A stretch of DNA of 11,367 nucleotides, from NCBI GenBank assembly GCA_038217285.1, contig JBBQPO010000205.1, positions 1-11,367 of the forward strand. Reading direction: 5' to 3'. The position numbers and the translations under genes were made by a program. Source of the stretch: Chthonomonadales bacterium. GTDB taxonomy: Bacteria > Armatimonadota > Chthonomonadetes > Chthonomonadales > Chthonomonadaceae. Below, piece after piece: positions 1-7,399 of this stretch (its first letter is position 1; the number at the start of each line of letters is the position of its first letter). The notes under the pieces are model-generated. The model saw only the letters and a program-made list of their open reading frames with translations. It was not told where the DNA came from and searched no databases.

Positions 1-1900
1 GGGGGCGCAGCAGCGTTTCGGGTTGGGCGTCCTGCAGGTAGCTGCCACGCAGCAGGGTCATCATCTCCGGGTTATTCTGGCGAATGCTGGCCAGGGCCTG
101 CGCGGCGTGGGGCGCCAGCAGGCTGTTAGGATCGGCGGCGATCGGCTGGAGATAAGGCACGGCACGCGCCTCGCCCAGCCTGCCGAGCGCCAGGATCGCG
201 GTTCCTCGGATCTCCAACGTCGGCGCACCCAGCGCTTCGACAAAAAGGGCGAAACTGTCCGTGCCGAGAAACTCGATCAGCGCCAGAGCGGTCTCCTCCC
301 GAACCGGCTCCCCGATCTCCGTATACTGGCCACCGGCGACCGGAATATGCTTGAGCGTATGGAAGGCACGGAAAAGCTCCTTCTGCGCCGTCAGCGCATC
401 GGGAACGCCCAGGCGGCGCAGCGTACGAACGGAGGTTACGCTCAGAGCAAGCGCTTCTTCCGCCTCCTCCACGGTGCGCGCCTCCTCCAGATACCGCAGA
501 GCGGTGATCAGAAGCCTGCGTACCAGTCCGGGAACCCGTCCATCGTGCTGAGCGGTGGTGCGAATCGGCTCGCGTGCCGGCGCAGGAGAACTGAGCCGTA
601 CCACGGCCTCCCGCGACAGACGCGTGACCCACTGCTGGACCTGCTGTACTGCCTGTGTCGCCGCCTGCGATGCGTCCGGGCCGCCCCGCAGCAGGGTCGT
701 CAGTTTTTCCAGGAAACTTCCCTGCGGACGGCACTCCGCCAGAAGTTCGAGGAACTGTTTTCCTTTCGGATCTCCCCAGATGACGAGCGCCTGGGCCGCT
801 CGAGTCCGCACCTTGGGATTGAAATCCGCGAGCAGATTCCAGAGGGCGTTGTGTGCGCACGCTTCCTGATCGGGACTGCGTCCCTGGTGCGCCGCAACCT
901 GCGCGATGCCTGCCAGCACGACCTCGATTGGGACCGGCTTTTCCAGCAGTTTGCAGACGATGTCAAGCCGTGATTCGGGTGGCCAGGGCGCGTGCATCAG
1001 CAGATCCAGCGCGAGGTGGACCGCAGCCGGAGTATCCTGGGTCGTACGGAACAGGGACGCCGCGCGTTCTATAAGCTGCAGCAGGATGTCGTAGAACTGG
1101 GGATGGCCGTAGGACGCCAGCAGACGCACGGCGTCCTCCGTGCTGTATCCGGCCTGGATCGCCTTTGCCAACGCCTCGCTATTTGCCCGAGGAGTGCCGA
1201 CGACGTTGAGCGCCCTGCACACCTCGGAGCGCACCAGTGGCTCCGGATCGCGCAGTAGCGGTACAAGAGTCTGAAAACTCGGTTCGCCCGGTATGCGTTC
1301 GAGAGTCCGAACGACGAGGAGGCGCTGGAAAGGTTCGCCGTTGCGCGCCGCTGCCCGTAACTTCCGCATCGCCATCTGTCCAAAAGCGGCGACCGTCGGG
1401 GGGAACAGATCGGGAATACGCGTGGAGTAGGCGAAGAGCGTGTCGAGAGCCGCTGGATTCTGCGAACTCGCCCAGACCGAGCAGATCATCTGGATGCGGA
1501 CACTTGCATCGGGTCGAATGGGGGCGGTGTTGTGCCATTCCGTCAGTTCATGCCACAGAGACTGCAGCGCAAGCGTCGCATCATGAGAGCCTGCCAGAAA
1601 GAAGGCCTCTTTCAGCAAGGGGCCAATATCGGCGAAGGCGTTGGCGCGATGCTGCACCGCGTTCAGGAGGGTGGTCATTCCCTCCGGGGCGTTCAGGCGG
1701 TGCAGAGCGACGGCGGCGGCAAACTGCACACGCGCATTCCCCTTGCGCTGAAGCTGGAAGCGCAGACAGGGAATAGCCGCGCTTCCGGCATTGCTTAAAA
1801 CATCGATGGCCCGCAGCCGTTCCACAATATCGGACGCGCCCAGACGCAGACTTGTGTTCCACAACCGGGCCTGCAATACCGCACTGTCCCACAGTTCCAC
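1..1900 (-). CDS. HEAT/PBS-lyase-like repeat alpha-solenoid protein, at least 633 aa, 3' end beyond the left edge
   Basis: Hand translation from GTG at 1900 (preceded by GGAAAGGAAG) is stop-free to the window edge: MELWDSAVLQARLW...NARVQFAAAVALHRL...LVPLLRDPEPLVRSEVCRAL...LLADFNPKVRTRAAQAL...EIRGTAILALGRLGEARAVPYL...ETLLRP. These are typical bacterial HEAT units. It is absent from the ORF track because it has no stop in the window. Confidence 0.88.
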   Translation of the reverse strand, partial: MELWDSAVLQARLWNTSLRLGASDIVERLRAIDVLSNAGSAAIPCLRFQLQRKGNARVQFAAAVALHRLNAPEGMTTLLNAVQHRANAFADIGPLLKEAFFLAGSHDATLALQSLWHELTEWHNTAPIRPDASVRIQMICSVWASSQNPAALDTLFAYSTRIPDLFPPTVAAFGQMAMRKLRAAARNGEPFQRLLVVRTLERIPGEPSFQTLVPLLRDPEPLVRSEVCRALNVVGTPRANSEALAKAIQAGYSTEDAVRLLASYGHPQFYDILLQLIERAASLFRTTQDTPAAVHLALDLLMHAPWPPESRLDIVCKLLEKPVPIEVVLAGIAQVAAHQGRSPDQEACAHNALWNLLADFNPKVRTRAAQALVIWGDPKGKQFLELLAECRPQGSFLEKLTTLLRGGPDASQAATQAVQQVQQWVTRLSREAVVRLSSPAPAREPIRTTAQHDGRVPGLVRRLLITALRYLEEARTVEEAEEALALSVTSVRTLRRLGVPDALTAQKELFRAFHTLKHIPVAGGQYTEIGEPVREETALALIEFLGTDSFALFVEALGAPTLEIRGTAILALGRLGEARAVPYLQPIAADPNSLLAPHAAQALASIRQNNPEMMTLLRGSYLQDAQPETLLRP

Positions 1901-1939
1901 CGGCTTGCTTCCTTTCCGCTTGAGTACCCCTCTGCACCT

Positions 1940-1948
1940 ATTATAGCA
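1940..1948 (-). promoter_or_regulatory. Extended -10 promoter (TGnTATAAT) for the HEAT-repeat gene
   Basis: Minus strand reads TGCTATAAT about 40 nt upstream of the GTG start. No convincing -35 element. Confidence 0.65.
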
Positions 1949-2066
1949 TTTTCGCTTTCGTGGCAGGGAGGAGTCGAAACGGTTGGCGCGGAATGATATG
2001 GCCAGCGCGGGGGACATTCCCCGTACCGAATTTTTGCTCTGAGAAGAGCGCAAGAGGGAGATGCTG

Positions 2067-3089
2067 ATGTCTGAAGAGGGGAAGTTGGGTGTGGCGCTGC
2101 TGTCGTTCGCGCATGTGCATGCGGAGGGGTATGCCGATCAGGTGCGTGGGCATGCGGAGTGCCGGATCGTTCTGGTCTGGGACGAGGATGCGGAGCGGGG
2201 GCAGGCCCAGGCGGACAGGCTCGATGTGCCGTTCCTCGCCGATCTGGACGATGCGCTGGCCCATGCCGATGTCGAGGCCGTCGTCGTCAATGCACCGACC
2301 GCGATGCACCGGGACATCCTGGTAAAAGCCGCGAAACTGGGGAAACATATCTTCACCGAAAAGTCGCTGACCGTCACCACCGAAGAGGCGACCGAGGTGC
2401 TGCGGGCGGTCGAAGACGCGGGCATCAAATTCATGATCTCGCTGCCTTCCCGAATGCGTCCGGAGATCCTCTTTGCGAAGAAGGTGCTGGACGAAGGGCT
2501 GCTGGGCGAAGTGACGATGATGCGCGCGCGTATTGCGCACATGGCCGCGCTCGACCGCTGGTTCAAGGACGGCTCGGCCTGGTTCGGGGACGAGGCGCAG
2601 GCGGGTGGCGGCGCTTTCTTCGACCTGGGATGCCATCGTGTGGACATCATGCGCTGGTTCCTGGGTGAGCCGGCTTCGGTCGTGACTCAGATGAACAACT
2701 TCAGCAACGCTTACGATGTGGACGACAACATGGTCTCCGTCGTCACGTTCCGCAACCGCGCCATCGGCATTCTGGATGTCTCCTGGGTCCATCGCTACGG
2801 CCCCAATCCCCTGGAGATCTACGGGACCGATGGCTATCTGAGCATCGAGGCCGCGCCCAATGGCCCCCGCGTACAGCTCATCAGCGGGCAGTTGAAGGCC
2901 GGAGGAATCCTCGGCTATATCGCGCCGACCACCCTTCCGGCGGCGCTGCCCTCCGCTCTGCATCAGTGGGTCTCCGCCATTCGGCACGGCACCGCCATGA
3001 CCGTCAATATCTACGACGCCTACAATCTGGTGCAACTGCTCGAAGGTTGCTACAACGCCGGACGACAGGGCCACGAAGTGACCTTTTGA
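2067..3089 (+). CDS. Gfo/Idh/MocA-family NAD(P)-dependent oxidoreductase
   Basis: N-terminal Rossmann-like region, GKHIFTEKSL (EKP-type motif) and GGGAFFDLGCHRVD (DxGxHxxD). SD GAGGGAG (2054-2060) abuts ATG 2061 and is better spaced for ATG 2067, so 2061 is the alternative start. Substrate unknown. Confidence 0.93.
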   Translation: MSEEGKLGVALLSFAHVHAEGYADQVRGHAECRIVLVWDEDAERGQAQADRLDVPFLADLDDALAHADVEAVVVNAPTAMHRDILVKAAKLGKHIFTEKSLTVTTEEATEVLRAVEDAGIKFMISLPSRMRPEILFAKKVLDEGLLGEVTMMRARIAHMAALDRWFKDGSAWFGDEAQAGGGAFFDLGCHRVDIMRWFLGEPASVVTQMNNFSNAYDVDDNMVSVVTFRNRAIGILDVSWVHRYGPNPLEIYGTDGYLSIEAAPNGPRVQLISGQLKAGGILGYIAPTTLPAALPSALHQWVSAIRHGTAMTVNIYDAYNLVQLLEGCYNAGRQGHEVTF

Positions 3090-3466
3090 TGCCTATGAAC
3101 CTGCCGGAGAACGCGGAAGAGGAGATCTACGAGAGCGTCTACGCTTTCGTGCGGACGGTGCCGCCCGGCAAAGTCGTCACCTATGGGCAGGTCGCGGGGA
3201 TGTTGGAAGGCGTCAGCCTGACAGCGCGGCAGGTAGGGACGGCGATGCGGACGGTGCCGGCAGGCGTTCCCTGGCAGCGCGTCGTGGGAGCGGGCGGCAT
3301 CTTGCCGATTGCCAAACGCAGTCTGGAGTTGAAAAGCCGCCAGCGGGAGCTGCTGGAGCAGGAAGGCGTCGTCTTTCTTCCCGGCGATAGCGAACGCGTC
3401 GATATGCGTCAGTGTCAATGGCTGCCGCCGTTGGGAGAACAGTCCAGCCTGTTCGACACGGAATAG
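3089..3466 (+). CDS. atl: Alkyltransferase-like (ATL, MGMT family) O6-alkylguanine-binding protein, 125 aa
   Basis: VPPGKVVTYGQVA, ARQVG arginine finger, PWQRV (Trp in place of the catalytic Cys of PCHR) and QRELLEQEGV. The start overlaps the upstream stop as TGATG. ATG 3095 is an alternative start. Confidence 0.92.
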   Translation: MPMNLPENAEEEIYESVYAFVRTVPPGKVVTYGQVAGMLEGVSLTARQVGTAMRTVPAGVPWQRVVGAGGILPIAKRSLELKSRQRELLEQEGVVFLPGDSERVDMRQCQWLPPLGEQSSLFDTE

Positions 3467-3476
3467 GCGACCCCTG

Positions 3477-4079
3477 ATGTCACCCTCCTGGAAGTTCTAT
3501 CGCTTCGACTATAGTCGCTACCTGGCGCTGCGCCCCGAGCTACGGGCGGCGGCGCAGCCGGACGATTTTAGGGCCTGGAGCGAGAACCCTCGGACCGAAA
3601 TGATCGTCGATGCATTGAACGCCGAGGAGATCGATGCCGGAGCCGCCTGCAATGCGTTCGTGGAGATACTGTGCTGCGTCGGCGAACCGCTGCAACTCGA
3701 CCCAGGGCTGTTGCGCATTGTCGCGCGCCTGGCCCATGTGCGTGGGACGGAGGATCTGGGCGAACAGTTGGAAACTCTGCTCGGCGGCAACGTGAACCTC
3801 GAACCCTGGCTGATTCCGACCCTCGTGCCCATAAGTCTCCTCGGTTTCCTGACGCCTCAGCAGACGCGGACCCTGCATGAGACCTACGGAGATGTTTTTC
3901 GGACGGGTGGGAAAGGCAGGTCGAGGCGGCGGCGCGGCGGTCTGGTCGGTAAGGTCGGGGAGTTCTGGCGACAACTTCTGGCGCTGGAGCTGAAACCGGA
4001 AGAATCGTTGAGTCTGCTCGGAGAACTGATCGCCGATGCCTCGGAGCGTCAAGAAGGAATTGCGGTCACTAAAAGCTGA
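3477..4079 (+). CDS. Hypothetical protein, 200 aa (possible remote YfbM/DUF1877-like fold)
   Basis: ATG 10 nt after the ATL stop. It fills the gap to the convergent permease and has globular composition. The family resemblance is only by eye (LLGG...GFLTPQQ...ADASERQEGIAV). Confidence 0.75.
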   Translation: MSPSWKFYRFDYSRYLALRPELRAAAQPDDFRAWSENPRTEMIVDALNAEEIDAGAACNAFVEILCCVGEPLQLDPGLLRIVARLAHVRGTEDLGEQLETLLGGNVNLEPWLIPTLVPISLLGFLTPQQTRTLHETYGDVFRTGGKGRSRRRRGGLVGKVGEFWRQLLALELKPEESLSLLGELIADASERQEGIAVTKS

Positions 4080-4098
4080 AATCTGCGTGAACAACAGC

Positions 4099-5244
4099 CT
4101 AGAAACCCTGCTGGACGATGCGGCGGCGAAGCAGCCAGCAGAAAACGGGTGCGCCCAACAGCGACGTGATGACTCCGATATCCAGCCCCTCGAGGTAGAC
4201 GCGTGACAGCCAGTCGGAGCCGACCAGAACCAGTCCCCCAAAAAGCATCGCGGTCGGTAAGAGGCGACGATGGTCGGGGCCGACCAGTCGCCGCGCAATC
4301 TGCGGCACGATCATTCCGACGAAGGCGATAATGCCTCCGACAGAGACCGCCGCCGCCGTCACCAGGGTGCCGGCGACCAGGACGCGGCGCTTGAACCGCT
4401 CCGTGTCCACTCCCAGATGCGCCGCACTCTCCTCCCCGAGCGCCATCATATTCAGCTCCCGCCAACTAGACCCTAAAACGACGCCTCCCAGCACACCAAA
4501 CGGCAGCAGGAGCCAGACATCGCGCCAACCCAGGCCGTTCAACGATCCGAGCAACTGAGTCAGGATAGCGCTCGCCTTATACGCATCTCCGGCGCGGAAG
4601 GCCAGAGAGACGGTGAGCTTGGTCAACGAGTAGAGGGCCGTTCCTACCACGATACCTGCCAGCAAAAAGGTTTGAACCGGCACCCTGCCGTTCACACGGG
4701 CCAGCGCATAGACGATGGCGACTGCGGCCAGGCCCGCTGCAAACGCCGCCAGCGTCGGCGCGAATCCCGCCAGCCAACCGGCCCCTCCCAACAGTGTCAC
4801 GATGGCTGCCCCCAGGCCCGCTCCGGACGAAACTCCGACGAAATAGGGGTCCGCCAGGGGATTGAGCAGCAGGCTTTGAAACGCTACTCCCGCCAGCGCC
4901 AGCAGCATGCCGATCAATGCCCCTCCCAGAACACGCGGCAGACGAATGCTCCAGACGATGCCGTCCACGCTGCTATCCGGGGGGACGACATGGGCCGACA
5001 CGACAGGAATGTGAGAGAGAACGACACGCAGAACGCTGCTCGGCGTCACAATTCGCGCCACCGTCGCTTCGCCCATCCAGACATCGGCCAGAATCGCCCC
5101 CAGGAGAGCGATAGTCAGGAGAGACAGCGCCAACAGAGGTGAATTTTGCAGATTACGCTTCGATGGAGGGTCGTCGAAGCGATTGTCGGTGACGGGGGGA
5201 GAGGGTGGGAGGGGATCTTCCCGATGAGGAGCCGGAGGGGTCAT
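4099..5244 (-). CDS. FecCD/BtuC-family iron-chelate/cobalamin ABC transporter permease, 381 aa
   Basis: IRLPRV, QSLLLNPLADPYFVGVSSGA, LGEESAAHLGVD (EAA-like loop), GIIAFVGMIVP and many TM segments. Likely start is ATG 5244, overlapping the upstream stop (ATGA), rather than 5469. Confidence 0.93.
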   Translation of the reverse strand: MTPPAPHREDPLPPSPPVTDNRFDDPPSKRNLQNSPLLALSLLTIALLGAILADVWMGEATVARIVTPSSVLRVVLSHIPVVSAHVVPPDSSVDGIVWSIRLPRVLGGALIGMLLALAGVAFQSLLLNPLADPYFVGVSSGAGLGAAIVTLLGGAGWLAGFAPTLAAFAAGLAAVAIVYALARVNGRVPVQTFLLAGIVVGTALYSLTKLTVSLAFRAGDAYKASAILTQLLGSLNGLGWRDVWLLLPFGVLGGVVLGSSWRELNMMALGEESAAHLGVDTERFKRRVLVAGTLVTAAAVSVGGIIAFVGMIVPQIARRLVGPDHRRLLPTAMLFGGLVLVGSDWLSRVYLEGLDIGVITSLLGAPVFCWLLRRRIVQQGF

Positions 5245-6251
5245 GGTTTGGCGCTGGAGCCGGAAAAGGAGGCCGGTTGGCCGTCGCTTGTGAACAGTTC
5301 CGGATGCAGAAAATGAGCCATCTCCTCGGCGGCCCCGGCCAGACGCGGGACGCCGCGGACGACCGTCGCGTTCTCCGAGGGCACGAAGTAGGTGGAGTGC
5401 ATCACGGCGGGGACATGCTCTTTCCAACCGGGCATCTTTGCCACGCGATCTGTGATCGACGCATCGCACAGGATCACGTCCGGCTGCGCCAGAACGACCG
5501 CTTCGGACGAGATTTGCGACGCAGGCTGATCGACGATGTTCCTGCCGCCCGCGACCGTGACAAGGTCATCGAGGAACGTGCCCGGACCCGCCGTATAGAT
5601 CGGATCGGTCCCGTAGACGATAAGCACCTTCGGTCGGCTGAGCGCGTGCGCAACGGTCTTTCGAATCGTGTCGAGCCGGGACTTCATCTGAGCGACGCTC
5701 TTTTCCGCTTCGGTATTCTGCCCGGTAGCGCGCCCTAGAATGCGGATGGTGTCGTACACCTGCACCAGGGTGTGGGCTTCGAGAACGATCACAGGAATGC
5801 GGACCGTTTCGAGCTGCGCGATGATCTGTTTGTTGATGGCGTTGTCGGCTACGATCAGGTCGGGCTTTTGCGCCAGAATGCGCTCGACGCTCATGTCCAT
5901 ATAACCGCCGATATGCGGTTTCACGGTCGCTTCCTGCGGATAGTCGTCCGCCGAGGTATCGGCGATCAACCGATTGCTCAGGCCCAGGTCGAACAAAAGT
6001 TCCGTACAACTGGGCGCCAGCGAAACGATCCGTTGGGGAGAGGACGGGAGGGAGACGAGTCGTCCAGTCGAATCGGTGAGAGCCAGCGGAAAGTTCGTGG
6101 GGAGGGCCGCGAGTTCTGCTTCGGTTCCGCTCTGCCCGGTGTGGGGAAGGACGGTGCGCTTGATCGGCCTGGGCTCGCTCTGAAAGCGCCAGTAGACAAG
6201 GCCCGCCATTCCCAGAATAAACAGGAAGCCGAAGAGATTTCGGACCTTCAC
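5241..6251 (-). CDS. BtuF-like helical-backbone metal-chelate ABC substrate-binding protein
   Basis: TDSTGRLVSL...PQRIVSLAPSCTELLFDLG, SVERILAQKPDLI, YTAGPGTFLDDL..AGGRNI and SSEAVVLAQPDVI. N-terminal hydrophobic anchor. The GTG start overlaps the rluB stop (GTGA). Confidence 0.92.
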   Translation of the reverse strand: MKVRNLFGFLFILGMAGLVYWRFQSEPRPIKRTVLPHTGQSGTEAELAALPTNFPLALTDSTGRLVSLPSSPQRIVSLAPSCTELLFDLGLSNRLIADTSADDYPQEATVKPHIGGYMDMSVERILAQKPDLIVADNAINKQIIAQLETVRIPVIVLEAHTLVQVYDTIRILGRATGQNTEAEKSVAQMKSRLDTIRKTVAHALSRPKVLIVYGTDPIYTAGPGTFLDDLVTVAGGRNIVDQPASQISSEAVVLAQPDVILCDASITDRVAKMPGWKEHVPAVMHSTYFVPSENATVVRGVPRLAGAAEEMAHFLHPELFTSDGQPASFSGSSAKP

Positions 6252-7399
6252 CGGGGCCTGCCCTGCGGAGGACGCCCGCCGGAGGGGCGCGGTGTGCTGG
6301 GCCGGGCCGGTCGTGACGAACTGCCTCGGGAGAGGAAAGCCGGTCGGCCAGGGTTCGCCGGACGCGCTGGGGGCTGCGACACATAGGCGGGTCGGGAGTT
6401 GGGCCGCGCAGGGCGGTTTGCAGGCGGTGGCGCCGGGTTGGGAGCGCTGTTCGGGCGTGCCTGCGGACGGGAACGGGCACCGGAGTTGCGCGCCGATTCG
6501 TTGACAGGACGGCGCGGCGGCCGGACGACGTCGTTTTTGTGGCGAGGCGGCGGCTTGGCAGCAGCAGGGGTGACCGGCACCGTGACACCGGGCACAGGCA
6601 GCGGCTTTTGCGGCGTCCGTCTCGCTTCACGAGGCGGCGTGGGGGTCGGCTTCGCCTGGGCCAGCAGCTCCTCGACTTCTGTGGAGGTCAGTTTACGCCA
6701 TGTTCCGGGGTTCAGTCCTTTGAGGCCGAGGGTGCCGAAGCGGATGCGCATCAGCTCGCGCACGGGATTTCCGACTGCTTCCATCATCCGGCGGACCTGA
6801 CGGTTGCGGCCTTCGAACAGGGTGATGTCGACCGTCGTACACTGCGTGGCAGCATCGTACTCGACGAACATCAGTTCGGCGGGCGCCGTCTTGCCGTCCG
6901 GCAGATCGATGCCTTCTACAAGAGCGCTGGCCGCATCCCGATCCACAAAACCGCGCGCCCGGACGCGATAGACCTTCGGGACATGGAAGCGGGGGTGGGT
7001 GAGACGGTTGGCGAAATCCCCATCGTTGGTGAGCAGCAGCAGTCCAGCGCTGTCCACATCGAGGCGTCCGACCGGATAGACGCGCTCTTCTACCTGCGCA
7101 AGGAGCTCCATGACGGTTCGATCCGCATTGGTATCGCTCACCGTACAGGTATAGCCGACGGGCTTATTGAGCATGATATAGATCGGCTTGACGGCGACGG
7201 GAGCGACGATAGGCTCACTATCCACGCGAATATCGTCCTTTGTCGGGTCTACTTTCGTTCCCAGTTCCTTGACGATATTGCCGTTGACGGTGACTCTACC
7301 CTCCGTAATCATCGTCTCGCAGGCTCGGCGCGAGGCGACGCCGGCGGCGGCGAGGGCCTTTTGTAAACGTGGTAAATCTTGTCTTTTGTCTTGTTCCAT
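6248..7399 (-). CDS. rluB: rRNA pseudouridine synthase, RsuA/RluB family, with Pro/Arg-rich C-terminal tail, 383 aa
   Basis: S4 domain RLQKALAAAGVASRR, LNKPVGY, catalytic VGRLDVDSAGLLLLTNDG and GRNRQVRRM. Start placed at ATG 7399 (MEQDKRQDLPRLQK), just ahead of the S4 domain. Confidence 0.93.
   Translation of the reverse strand: MEQDKRQDLPRLQKALAAAGVASRRACETMITEGRVTVNGNIVKELGTKVDPTKDDIRVDSEPIVAPVAVKPIYIMLNKPVGYTCTVSDTNADRTVMELLAQVEERVYPVGRLDVDSAGLLLLTNDGDFANRLTHPRFHVPKVYRVRARGFVDRDAASALVEGIDLPDGKTAPAELMFVEYDAATQCTTVDITLFEGRNRQVRRMMEAVGNPVRELMRIRFGTLGLKGLNPGTWRKLTSTEVEELLAQAKPTPTPPREARRTPQKPLPVPGVTVPVTPAAAKPPPRHKNDVVRPPRRPVNESARNSGARSRPQARPNSAPNPAPPPANRPARPNSRPAYVSQPPARPANPGRPAFLSRGSSSRPARPSTPRPSGGRPPQGRPR

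Noticed and set aside
23..973. 316-aa plus-strand ORF and other short ORFs in 1-1937
   Set aside because: Shadows of the minus-strand HEAT gene, with no recognisable motifs.
1941..3074. 377-aa minus-strand ORF
   Set aside because: Antisense to the well-supported oxidoreductase, as is typical of high-GC DNA.
2966..3088. N-terminal extension of ATL in the ORF track
   Set aside because: It lies inside the oxidoreductase gene. The TGATG overlap at 3087-3091 is the better start.
4080..4098. Terminator between the convergent hypothetical and permease genes
   Set aside because: The gap is only 19 nt and contains no hairpin that I can see.
5245..5469. Extended permease N-terminus in the ORF track
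   Set aside because: It overlaps the binding-protein gene. The ATGA overlap at 5241-5244 is more plausible.
5566..6630. 354-aa minus-strand alternative-frame ORF
   Set aside because: Arg-rich off-frame reading of rluB and the binding-protein gene, with no domain signal.
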